Below, piece after piece: positions 36,688 to 48,454 of a stretch of DNA of 64,000 nucleotides. A model generated the notes under the pieces. The model was not told the DNA's origin, searched no databases, and saw only the letters and a program-made list of their open reading frames with translations. The position numbers and the translations under genes were made by a program. Origin of the DNA: Lama guanicoe (Eukaryota); the NCBI GenBank assembly GCA_013239625.1, contig MU053482.1, positions 4,539,775-4,603,774 on the forward strand, in the 5' to 3' direction. Position 1 is the stretch's first letter; each line of letters begins with the position of its first letter.

Positions 36688-38030
36688 TTTTTTAAAATTG
36701 TGATAACATATACATAATTGATTCTTTTTATGGCTGAGTAGTATTCCATTGTATGAATATACTACAACTTCTTTATCCAATCATCTGTTGATGGACATGT
36801 AGGTTGCTTCCATGTGTCTTGACTACTGTAAATAGTGCTGCTGTGAACATTGGTGTGCATGTATCTTTTCAAATTAGAGTTGTCTCCAGATGTATACCCA
36901 GAAGTGGGATTGCTGGATCACATGGTAGGTCTATTTTTAGGTTTTTGAGGTATCTGCATACTGTTTTCCATAATGGCTGTACCAAACTACATTCCCACCA
37001 GCAGTATAGGAGGATTCCCTTTTCTCCACATCCTCTCCAGCATTTATTGTTCATGGACTTTTGAATGATGGCCATTCTGACTGATGTGAGGTGATATCTC
37101 ATTATTTGATTTGCATTTCTCTGATAATTTTTAGTGATATTGAGCATTTTTTCTTGTGCCTATTGGCCATTTGTATGTCTTCATTGGAGAATTACTTATT
37201 TAGATCTTCTGCCCATTTTTGGATTGGGTTTTTTGTTGTTATTGTTATATGAGTTATTTATATATTCTGAAAATTAAGCCTTTGTCAGTCACATCATTTG
37301 CAAATATTTTTCTCCCCTTCTGTAGGTTGTCATTTTGTTTTGCTTATGGTTTCTTTTGCTATGCAAAGCTTATAAGTTTAGTTAGGTTCTATTTGTTTAT
37401 TTTTGCTCTAATTTCTGTTGCCTGGGTAGACTGCCCTAGGAGAACATTGATAAGATTTATGTCAGAGAATGTTTTGCCTATGTTTTCTTCCAGGAGATTT
37501 ATCATGTCTTGTCTTATATTTCAGTTTTTAAGCCATTTTGAGTTTATTTTTCTGTATGGAATGAGGAAGTGTTCTAACTTCATTGATTTACATGCTGCTG
37601 TCCAGTTTTTCCAGCACCACTTGCTGAAGAGACTGTCTCTTCCTCCGTTGTATGTTCTTGCCGCCTTTGTTGAAGATTAATTGCCTATAGGTCTGTGGGT
37701 TTATTTCTGGGAGAGTTGTTAGAATTCTTTATATATTCTGGATATTAATCATTTAACAGATACATGATTTGCATGTATTTTCTCCCTTTCCATAGATTGC
37801 CTTTTTGCTCTGTTGTCCTTTGATGCACAAACATTTGAATTTTAATGAAGTCCAATTTATCTATTTTGTTATTGTTGTTATTGTCTCTACTTTTGGTATG
37901 ATATCCAATAAATCATTGCCAAATCCAGTTTCATGAAGCTTTCCTTCTGTGTTTTCTTCTAATAGTTTTAAAATTTTAGCCTTTAAATTTAGGTCTTTAA
38001 TCCATTTTGAATTAACTTTTGTAGGTATTC
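36688..38030 (-). mobile_element. Composite L1: younger ORF2 3' segment (~36721-37710) flanked by older L1MA-like pieces
   Basis: Minus ORF 36869..37147 ([13 protein letters not shown]...[16 protein letters not shown]2 Cys-rich domain). The same L1 region recurs in a more diverged form at 37712-38030. Confidence 0.75.
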
Positions 38031-39162
38031 ATTTCTTTTTGTATCTCACTCCTTTGTTAAAGACAAAATAAATACTTTGGGATCTGGGTTTAAACACTGA
38101 GTCAAAATGTTTCTATTAAGGAGGGAACTAGGTTCAGTACAGAGGATGTGGCTCAAGGCTCAGGAGAGGGAATATGGTTTTTTAAAGCTAGAATTCATGA
38201 ACAGTCTCTATTCCATATTAGATAAGCAAAACCTCTCCATGTTTATGATTAGCTGACAGTATATGAACTCATTGTTTACCCATTGCATATGCATAGATCT
38301 GGTGGTGGTTTTTCCAGAAAGTTTTCTTCATGGTGGGCATGATTATGGCACCACATGATTATGACACTATGGTGGTACTTGTTTAGTAGAAATCAGATAT
38401 GCCTCGGTGTCATCAGGCTAGATGGGTAAATCAGAATTCATCACTTTTCCTCTAGGACCACTTTTCTTTCTGCACATGTACGTTTTTTTGAGAGGTTACT
38501 GCAAAATATAACTTTCTGTAATATAAGCAGGAAGACAGAAGAGGAAATATCCTCTCTTCCATCACGAACTTTCAGTGAAGTTCTAAGAGCATATGTCTCA
38601 AGCTTTTGTAGCCTTTTGTGATGATGAGGATACAAACCTTTTACAGAAATTGACCTTTCTCAAGTGAGTGTTTCTCACTTAAATTCTCTCATGTGGTTAT
38701 GGACAGATGTTAAGGGATTTTAGCCCTTAGAAAAGATTCTTAGACAGGAAAAGAGTGCCTAAGCATAAAAACTGGTAAAGAAGAGGAAGGAAAATACCTT
38801 TTTTAGGGTTTCTTTAATGAGAATCTACTGGTCATAAAAATCTGTTTTTGCATTCCTGAAAGACATTTTTGCTGTGTGCAACATTCTGGGCTAATAGTGT
38901 TTATTATTTTTTAGATCGTTAAAGGTATGCTTCAGTCTTCTGGATTCCATTTTTGCTGTTGAGAAATCAACTGAAAGTCTAATTGTTTTAGTTAGTTTTA
39001 GGGTAATCTTTCATTTTTCCTCTTTCTTTTCCTTTTTATTTAAAGAACTTCCTTTAGCCATTCCTTTAGGGTAGTTCTACTGGAGCCAAATTCTTTTAGC
39101 TTTCCTTTATCCAAGCAGGTCTTGAATTCTGCTTGGTTATGAAAGCAATTTCTTTGTTATTC

Positions 39163-39708
39163 TGAAACAGAAGAACCCATTGGGCCCTCCCTGGTACACA
39201 TTCTTTCCGTGTTCCCCCCTTTTCTTCTTTATAGGAAATAGGCTTCATTTAGCCTCCTTGACCTTCCCTGAGTTTCAAAGGGCAGATTCAAGCAGTTCCT
39301 AGTCAGCGAAGGGAGGTAATGCAGAAAGAGAGGAGGAGCAGTCAAGAAACAATAGCGCAGCCATGGGGCAGGTTCCTCATCAAGGAATATACATATTAGT
39401 ACTTCCGAGTTCTTCTATACGAATTAAGGCCCCTACCCAGGTGGAGGATGGTAACTTCTGGCTAAGCACAAGAGCATTCCCTGTTACCTCACCACCGAAC
39501 AATCAGAGGAAAGCCACACACTCTGTAGCCCTTACCCTGAATTTTCCCTATAAAAACTTCTCCCCATGGGGAATTCAGGGATTTAGAGCACGAGGCACCC
39601 ATTCTTCTTGCTTGGCCCTACAATAAACCTTTCTCTGCTCCAGACTCCAGCATTTCCGTTTGTTTGGCCTCACTGTGTCTTGGGCACATGAATTTGCATT
39701 CAGTAATA
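39163..39708 (+). mobile_element. Solo LTR (ERV1-like), sense to USP47
   Basis: TG start, end ...ttcagtaaTA (decayed CA), TATAAAA at 39549-39555, AATAAA at 39622-39627. 4-bp TSD ATTC (39159-39162, 39709-39712). Interrupts an old L1. Confidence 0.8.
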
Positions 39709-41296
39709 ATTCTTGAAGGACTTTTTTTTTTTTTTTTTTTGGTTTATAGGATTCTGAGTTAACAGTTATTTCCTTTGAACACCAGAAAAATATTGTGCAA
39801 CTCCCTTCTGGCCTCCTTGGTTTCTGATCAAAAAAGATGTCCCACTTACTTTGCTTTTATGTGTGTGTAAATTTTTCCTCTCTATCTCATTTTTGATAGT
39901 TTACCTTGCTGTGTCTTCAAGTGCATTAATCTTTTGTTCAGTGGTACCTAATCTGTTAATCCCACCCATTGTATATTTCATCTCAGATATTGTACTTTTC
40001 ATCTCTAGAAATTTGAGTTGGATCTTTTTTATATCCTCCATATTTTTCCTTTACTTACTTTCCTCTACCTTCTTGAAATATAGAATATAGTTAAAACCTT
40101 TTATATTCTTGCCTACCAGTTCTGTCATGTGTCATTCTGGGTTTGTTTTCATTGATTTTTTTCTTCTCATTATGGGTCATCATTTCCTACTTTTGTGCAT
40201 GCCTATGGATGTCAAACACTGAATTTTACATTGAGGGGTGCTGGGTATTTTTTATTTCCATAAATATTCTTGATCTTTGTTCTCTGATAAAGCTAATTTT
40301 CTTACAAACATCTTGATCCTTTGGAGGCTTGCTTTTAGAAGGCTTTGTAAGATTGAACCAGAGTAGCCTTTAGACTAGGCCTAATTTGGTCCCACTACTG
40401 AGACAGTACTTTTCTGAGTGCTCTTATCTGACACCTGTGTATTATGAGATTTTTTTTCATTCTGGCTGGTGGGAATTGAAGTGAACTCCAGGGATTCTTT
40501 CCTGTAGTTCTTCCCCCTGCCTCAGATGGTTTCTTCACGTGCATATGCTGATGAATACTCAGCTGAATACTCAAGGAGGATCACTATAGGTCTCGAGCTT
40601 GCTATTTGCACAGCTTTCTTGTGTTCATTATTTTGCTCTGTAAATTCTGGCCAAATTGACCCACTTGAACTTCCAACCTCATCTCTTCAACTCAGGGAGA
40701 TTGCTGATCTCTACCTGGGTTCTCTCTTCCTGCACTGCAGACTGGAAGGTAGCTTACCTTGTTTGTTTCTGATCACTGTCCTGTGTTACCTGTTAATATT
40801 TGGAAACCATTGTTTCATGTATTTCATATATAGTTGTTTAAGGTGGGCAGGGTAATCCAGTCTGCCATTTCATCTTGGCTCATAATGGAAGTTCTGGTTT
40901 GTTTGGTTTTTTTCAAACTTTGTCTGCTTTATTTTACTACATTAAATTAAGCAGTAAGGCAAAACAGTAACTTTCATTCATAAAGATCAAGGAGTGCCTC
41001 TCATTCCAGGATGCTTCTTCACAAATATGCATGACATTTAGCTCATTATGTCTATAAGCATTTTGAACAAAAGAAAACTCTGATGGGCTAATCACATCAC
41101 AAATTCAAATTAACTTAATTAAGTCCAAAATGGAAATTTTTTGGATTTAACAGTAAACAAGTAGAATATAAACAAATACATCAGGTGGCTCTGAGTACTA
41201 TGCAGAAACCTGAAGCAAGGAAGGGATATGAAGAGGACTGCAATTTTAAATAGAATGGTGAGAGGAGGACCAGTTTGAGAAATTGATTATTTTCGG

Positions 41297-41766
41297 ATTA
41301 TCTTTTGCTTTATAACAGCCTGCCCCCAAACTTAATGACTTTTGTTCACGGATGTGCAATTTGGGCAAAGCTGGACCGGGACAGCTTATTTCTGCTCTGC
41401 TAGGCATCAGCTGGAACATCTGAAAGGCTAGGGGCTGAAATAATTTGAATACTTCCCGATAGGAATGCTGGCTGGTGCTGATTGCCAGCTGAGATCTCAT
41501 TTGAGCTGTGGCTGGAACATCTACACATGACTTTTCCATGTGGCTGCTTGGCTCCTACATGGCATAGTGGTCAGGTTCCAAGGGTGAGCATCTGAGAGAC
41601 AGCAAGGCGGAAGCTGTGTTAACTTTTCTAGCCCAGCCTTGAAAGTCATGCTGTGTATCACAGGAAGTCACTAAGACTGGCCCATATTGAAAGGGACTGG
41701 AATTAGACTTCTGTTCTTCTTGGGAGGCGTGTCAAAAATTTTGTGGACCTATTTTAAAGCTACCAA
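41297..41766 (-). mobile_element. MLT1 (ERVL-MaLR) LTR
   Basis: ttgctttataacagcctgccccaaacttaatgac...catgtggctgcttggctcc...attttaaagctacca, typical of MLT1. Confidence 0.7.
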
Positions 41767-42914
41767 AATGATACTTGAAAAAAGAAGGTAAGAATGTCTA
41801 GAGGAAGAACACCCCAGGGACAGTGTACAGAAAAGCAAAGACTCTGAAGCTGGTGGGTACCTTATAGTTTAGATTTGTTTTTGGTTGAGTTCCATCTATA
41901 TACTGTCAGCTCCTTCAGGGCAGGGGCTTTTGTTCACTGCTGTTTTCTCAGCACCTAAAACAGTATTTGAAAAATAGTTGTAGTTTAATTCTTATTTGTG
42001 GAAAAGATAGTGAACTTTTCTGCATCATGTATCAAAAAATCCTAAAAATGGGTACATAACCTTTGATCTAGTAATTCTTTCTTTGTGAAATTATCTTCAG
42101 GGAAAAAAATTGTACAAATAAAAAAAGCTGTAGTGAAAATTTGAAGAAGTCTAAATGCCCATTAATAGCAGATTAGTTAGGCAGATTAGTTAAATAAATT
42201 ATGGTTTGCCTATATAGTGGAACACTTTAGTGTTTAAACTGAATGTTTCGGCCCAGAAAGGTGAGTGAGTATTGAAGGAAAAGGAGCAGAATTCAAATAA
42301 TGGTGTACAGAATGATCGTTTTTGGTTAATAATCTATGCACAGAATCTATATTTGCATAGAATGTAGAGGGATCTGATAGGGTGTATATCAAATTGTTAA
42401 TAATTGCTCTAGGTTATTTTAGAGTTGCTTGTCAAAAAAACTATGTAGTACTATTATAATAGAAATATATTTTTATTATAAAAGCAGATAACTTTTTTAT
42501 ATTGATGTAGAATGGTATCCAAGCTACTATGAATATTAAAAAGCACCTTTTTAAAACAGTATTTTGGCCTCTCTTTTCATTAATTAAAGAATGTGAAGGA
42601 AAACAAAATTTGTATAGAAAAAGTGTGGAATATAAAACCAAGATTTTTCAGGAGATTATCTCTTGATTATGGATTATCCTTATTTCCTTTTATATATTTC
42701 TGTATTTCTTAATTGCTAAAGTAGGCTTATCTTGCAATACAGAAGATATTTATATTAAAAGAAAATAACTGCAGGAAGCAATGTTAAGCAGCTTTACTTT
42801 AAGAATATTTATCATATGAAAAATCCAAATTTATAAACTAGCAAAATCAGGGATCTTTTGGTTTCCTCGCAGAGTTCCTTTAATCTTCTCAAAATAGTTT
42901 GTGACTTGGAAACA

Positions 42915-43320
42915 GAAAGACAAATACTTTATGATCTTACTTATATGTGGAATCTAAAAAAACTGAACTCATAGCAACAGAGAACAGATGGGTGGTTGCC
43001 AGAGGAAGGGGATGGGGATTAGGGAAATAGGTGAAGGTGGTTAAAAAGGTAATAACTTCCAGTTATAAGGTAAATTCTGAGTGTAAGATACAGTTTGATG
43101 ACTATAATTAACAATATTGTATATTTGAAAGTTGCTAAGAGAATAGAACTTAAAAGTTTTCATCACAAGGAAAAAAATTTGTAACTGAGTTGATGGATGT
43201 TAATTAATTACCACACTAAGTTGTTATTTTGCAAATATACATATATCAAATCATTAAGTTTTGTACCTTAAACTATTACAGTGTTACATGTTAATTATAT
43301 CTCAATAAAACTGGGAAAAT
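42915..43320 (+). mobile_element. L1MA-like 3' end
   Basis: gaaagacaaatac...gtggttgccagagg...gttgctaagagaatag...ttatatctcaataaaactggg. Confidence 0.8.
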
Positions 43321-43496
43321 AAGTGACTTAGAATATTTGATTTACACACAATTCTTGAGCAATTCTCATTTAGTAATACTTTAATTCTTACATATTTTGT
43401 TGCAAAAATGTCTTTAGATTAGTTGTTCTCATTTCACTCTTACCTCTTTATTTTAAAGAAATAATTTGTAATTGATTTTGTTCTTATATACCGTAG

Positions 43497-43556
43497 GATG
43501 TGTTTTGGAGATGCAGACAAAATATCTTTGATGAAATGAAGAAGAAATTTTTACAG
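43497..43556 (+). CDS. USP47: USP47 60-nt cassette coding exon (DVFWRCRQNIFDEMKKKFLQ)
   Basis: Acceptor ccgtag|GAT and donor CAG|gtagac. 20 codons, phase 0/0, matching residues 14-33 of the long USP47 isoform as recalled. Confidence 0.92.
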
Positions 43557-44294
43557 GTAGACTGCTGATGTAATTGCTTTAGTGTGATAATCAGCAGAGC
43601 AAGTAACAGCATGTTAGTATTTTTATTTAATAACAAGGCATGTCTTAAGTTTTATGCTTGTTGGCTGTTTTATTTCTACCTGATTTTAATAATGAGGAAG
43701 TCACCTTAAGTGAATATATATGTCCATTGTTGTTAACAAGTGAATGAAGTGGAAAACTTGTTAAAAACTATGGAACTCTTTGTTTTGACTTTTGGGAATG
43801 GTGATTATCTGTTTTTTACTGATACATTTATTTTCTGAAATATTAATAGTGCTAGGATTATGTCATTTAATAATTTATAGTCAAAACCCAGAAATCTTAT
43901 TTAAAGAATGAAATAAAGCTGTTACCGTCCTGGCAGCCTGCATGCACTACAGGCCTAAACATTCCTGTGATGTAGCATCCCATTTAACCTTGCTTATTTT
44001 CCTTGAGTTTCTTTACCTCCAAGTTCAAGGTTCTTTATTTAATCCCTTTTAGTCCTCTCCGCGTGATCCTTGGCAAGAGACCACTTAGGAAAAAAATTAT
44101 ATAGCATTATAGTTTGCTGGGGAGTTTGGAGTGGCGTAGAGGGAGGATCTTTAAAATAATCTTTTTTTTTAATGTAAGTTAGGACCCCCAGTACTATCCC
44201 AGAAATTGTTGCTTGTTAAGGTAAAAATGTGCCATCTGAATGAGGCTGATAAATTTAATAAATCAGCAAAAATATTTGTACCATCAATTCTCTT

Positions 44295-44378
44295 AAAAAT
44301 TTTTTTTGTATATATGTGTTTATTGAAGTATAGTCAATTTACAACGTTGTGTCAATTTCTGGTGTACAGCATAATGCT
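44295..44378 (-). mobile_element. Very short L1 3'-terminal insertion
   Basis: ttattgaagtatagtcaatttacaac...tctggtgtacagc; TSD TCAAT(T/C)CTCTT at 44284-44294 and 44379-44389. Confidence 0.7.
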
Positions 44379-45581
44379 TCAATCCTCTTTTTTAATCTAT
44401 AGCAGTATATTAACCATGAACTGTGAATACCAGAAGGGTAATGTTCTAAGGCCTAATTTTTTAGCTCATAACAGTTCCTGTACCAAAAAGTAGATAAAAT
44501 GGACTTTGAGTGTGTGTGTGTAAGGTTGCAACCATAACATTATTATTTGTAATACCACTGAAAGGAAGAAAGTCTTGAGAGAAAATGGGTTGACTATTAA
44601 ATTTAGAGGTGATGAAGTCCCTTTGTAATGCTTTAAAATCCTTCATATTAATTTTTTAAGAAAAATGTTAATCTTGATAACTTTGGACTTTGATATTAAA
44701 TCATTTTCTACATGCTAATGCCATTCTAAATATACATATCAATTATACACCTTGTTTTGTGTTTTTTAATACAAAACACCTAGGAAGTATATTTTGTGTG
44801 AAACAAAAATTATGATGTTAACTTCAGAGAACTCAGATTTGAACTTAGAACTGTTCGGAATGTCGAGAAAAGGAGACAAGATGACTTAAGAGACACACTG
44901 GCCTTTAATAGGTTCTGAGATTCCTTAGAAGAACCATCTGTGTCTACCACTTCTAGATGTTCCTAGCACTGAGCCTGTCTTTGAAAGAAAAAATATGTTT
45001 TCAGTGTTTTAATCCCAATATGTTTACCTTTTGTAAATAAAACTGTCATTTTTGTTTGTTTTATTTTTTGAGTGATTCCTTTTTTTCAAATTTTACTAGC
45101 AAATCTAGCTTTGTTTCTGCAGTGAGCACTAACAGGCCAATCTCTTAGCATATAGTGTTAAAATAATTACTGTTGACTTTCCCTTATTCTTACAAGTGTA
45201 ATATTGCTGCGAATTGTCCATATAATAAGTAGTTTTAATTTTACACTTTATACCTTTTTTGTAATTGGCTAGGTTTTTCTGTGTAGAGAACTTTGTGCCT
45301 CTCTAGTAGCTCACCTAAGATAAATGTTTTCCCAAGTGGGACGTCCTTTAGGCTTTTCTATAACTTTGCACTTGTTTTCTCTTACTGGTTTTCTCCAATA
45401 CATCATAGAACTTTTTTTGACTCAAAAATTGTGCTCCCTTCCCTAAATTATGATGTATGTTCAGATGCCTTACCTTAATGTTGGGTGTAGTATCTAAACA
45501 GACACTCACCTCCCACTACTAATACCGTCATCACTCCATTCTTCCCAACTAGCTCTTGCCTGTGCTTAAGTATATTTAGAT

Positions 45582-46085
45582 ATGTTTTTGTTGTCTATTG
45601 CTATGGAACAGCCTACCCCAAAACTTAGTGGCTTAAAATGACCAGTTTATTTGCTCACATTTCTGTTGGATAGGATTTGGACAAAGGCTCAGCCAGACAG
45701 TTTTTCTGCTCCACATGCATCATCTGGGATTATTACTTGGCTGCATTTGTCTGGGACTGGCTTTGGATGGAATGTCCAAGAAGGCTTTTCTCACTTACCA
45801 GGCACTCCAGTGCTCCACTAAGTGGCCACTTTCTGTCTGTGTGGGTTGTTAAAGTTTTAACACAGCATGTTGGTCCCAGGGTAAATGGATTTCTTTTGCA
45901 TGGCTGGCTTGTAAGAGGGAACATTCCAAGAGGTGCAAAAGCAAAAATTTCCTGCTTTAAATCATACAATTTCACTTCTGTCACATTCTGTTGGTCCTAG
46001 CTGGTCACAAGGCCAGCCCAGGTTCATGGGAAGAGGAAAAGCAAAAAGTGGTAAAGAATTTTTAGCCATCTTTAATTCGCCTCAA
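45582..46085 (-). mobile_element. MLT1 (ERVL-MaLR) LTR
   Basis: gtctattgct...cccaaaacttagtggcttaaaa...cacttctgtcacattctgttggtc...agccatctttaat. Confidence 0.7.
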
Positions 46086-46420
46086 GATGATGTTTTTCGC
46101 TTTGGGCATAAGTAAGATCAGTCAGGGTAGAACTGCAGGAAATTAAGAAGGAAGGTTAGTCTATTCTCCCAATTCTAAGAAATACTGTTTTACATTTAAA
46201 CATTTTATAAACCTATATGTTTAATATAACATTGTAGAGTTATTTTTCTCTTGAAAAGCATAATAAAATTATTTAAAAGCATAATGAAACACCTTATTGA
46301 TGAAATCTTAGAATTGAAAACAATTTTTTTTCTTATTAGTTCCCAAATTGAGAGGCAGGGGAAGGAAAGAGATTTTGCCTCTGTATAATTAGTGTTGACA
46401 ATAGTAATAACAAAAACTTA

Positions 46421-46541
46421 GGGGGAGGGCGAGTATAGCTCAGTGGTAGAGTGCTAAGCATGCACTGTACCACTGAGTTCACTCCCCAGTGCCTTGATTA
46501 AAAAAAATTAATAAATAAACCTAGTTACCTCCTCACCCCAA
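46421..46541 (+). mobile_element. tRNA-derived SINE (Vic-1-like)
   Basis: gagtatagctcagtggtagagtg...gagttcactccccag...aataaataaacctagttacctcc. Confidence 0.82.
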
Positions 46542-47221
46542 ATTTTTTTTACATTCTTGTTCTTTTATTTATAGAAAGAAGATGAGAGCTGAATCGCAGT
46601 ACTTTATTTGTGACCTCATATAAATGTCTATTCCTTTTAACCACATACCTTGTCCTAAAACTTAAAATGAAGGCAGATCTTCTTGTAGTGTTACAATGTT
46701 ATGCAACTAATACAAATATATATCTCTGTATATTCTATACATATTTTACCATGATAACAATGTTTAACATATAGTCTTAGTTTAAAATATGTATGAAGAA
46801 TAGCATAAATATAGCTATTTTAAATAAAGTATTTCATAAGCTATATATGTGTGTGTATATATATATATGTACACACTGAATTTTCTACTTAAAATAATTT
46901 ACTGTAAGATTAGAGTATGTTTTAAAATATCTAGAATGATTTTGGAACTCTTAATTTTTCCTTCAGAACAAAACTCTAAGACATGCAAAAGAAATTCCTT
47001 AGTGCTTACATTTTGTATCAATTGTGACCCAAAATGGTACATAAAATATTTTGAAATCACTTTTGGCCATTTCTAAATATCTGTTGAAAGCATGAATTTT
47101 TAGCACCACTTAAAAAATGCAAAAAACAAAATCTGTTTTTGTTTGTCCTGAAGGCAGTCTCTTGAATGAATTTAAGAAAGGTGCTGAGAAGCACGGGGTG
47201 GAGTGGGGTCTTAAGACTGCT

Positions 47222-47372
47222 TGTTGTTGTTTTTTTAAAATTTTTTATTGAAGCATGGTTGCTTTACAGTGTTAGTTTCAGGTGTACAGCAAAGTGATTC
47301 AGTTATACATACCCATACATACATATTTTTTCTTTTCGGATTCTTTTCCATTATATGTTGTTACAAGAAATT
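47222..47372 (-). mobile_element. Short artiodactyl-type L1 3' end
   Basis: tttttattgaagcatggttg...caggtgtacagcaaagtgattcagttatacat. Confidence 0.72.
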
Positions 47373-47935
47373 AAGATTTTTAAAAATACAGAGATTACCT
47401 TGATGCTACTGTAGAAGTGACTTTCATTTGATGCTGTAAAGTTGTGTTAAAAAATCAATTAATGTTGCAAATTTGTGTTAAAAATTAACTGTTTCTTGTA
47501 ACACGTTTATTTCTCAGGGTTACGTAGAAGTTATGATCAATTTGAACATTATTTTTAGTTTGGCCACACTGATTATATGTAAAGAGGTGCATGCAGAATA
47601 TTAAAATATAGTTAATATTAAATATACAAATTTTAAGAAAATAAAAAATATTTTTAAAGTGGATGTAGTTCATGGATGATAGGCACATAGATTAAATTAG
47701 GACTAAAAAATGGGCCACACAGTTGAGTGTAAAGTAATAGGATTTACAAGTGACTACCTTAGAGCTTTAAAGAAGATCAAAGCTTTTTGTTTTTATTTAA
47801 ATTATCCTAGAGTTGAATTCAAGAGTAGTATGTGATTGGCCTCAGAAATTCTTCTATGGGAATCTTAAGGAAACAGAAAAGTGTACAAAGTTTTAACAGG
47901 TATTCATCACACAGTTACTTCTGAAGTCTAGCCTA

Positions 47936-48306
47936 CCATGAGAATGGAGCTAAGAAAAAGCTCTGAGATGCGATTGCTCAGTGTATTCTCCCCCAGGTTG
48001 GAGAGAATGAAGACGAGAAGCTGAGTGAAGTGTAGTGCAGGAGGCTAGGAAGTATAACCAAGATTGCGGACTCCAAAGAGATACTCTGCAAAGCTTTAGC
48101 CAGAATGGTCGTGGATTCACAGATAAAGTAGATCGACTAAAACTGGCAGAAATTGTGAAGCAAGTGATAGAGGAGCAAACCATATCCCACGAATCCCAAT
48201 GATCACAGCTTCAGACTTTGTTTTTTTAACAGTTTGAAAAATTATTCATTAATGTATAAAGTAGTTTTATGTAAATTAATCAATCATAATTTCGTTTCCA
48301 AAAAAA
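47936..48306 (+). pseudogene. MAPKAPK5: 5'-truncated processed pseudogene of MAPKAPK5 (C-terminal CDS + proximal 3'UTR + A tail)
   Basis: Translates as HENGA...L*DAIAQCILPQVGENEDEKLSEV / VQEARKYNQDCGLQRDTLQSFSQNGRGFTDKVDRLKLAEIVKQVIEEQTISHESQ*, which I recognise as the MAPKAPK5 C-terminus. It has an in-frame stop, a frameshift and no introns. A7 tail at 48300-48306; TSD TGAAGTCTAGCCTA at 47922-47935 and 48307-48320. Confidence 0.92.
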
Positions 48307-48350
48307 TGAAGTCTAGCCTAAAGGTCAGTAAAATAAAATTGATAGAATGA

Positions 48351-48454
48351 ATTTTTTTTAATTATTTATTTTTAGAGAAGGTACTGGGAATTGAACCCAG
48401 GACCTCATGCATGCTAAGCATGCACTCTACCACTTGAACTATACCCTCCCCACC
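48351..48454 (-). mobile_element. tRNA-derived SINE (Vic-1-like)
   Basis: gggaattgaacccaggacctcatgcatgctaagcatgcactctaccac...ataccctcccc. Confidence 0.85.

Noticed and set aside
22178..39075. Near-identical text agaacttcctttagccattc..tttagggtag at ~22178 and ~39043
   Set aside because: Homologous positions in two independent ancient L1M copies, not a segmental duplication or functional repeat.
47950..48183. 77-aa minus-strand ORF
   Set aside because: Antisense shadow of the MAPKAPK5 retrocopy coding sequence.
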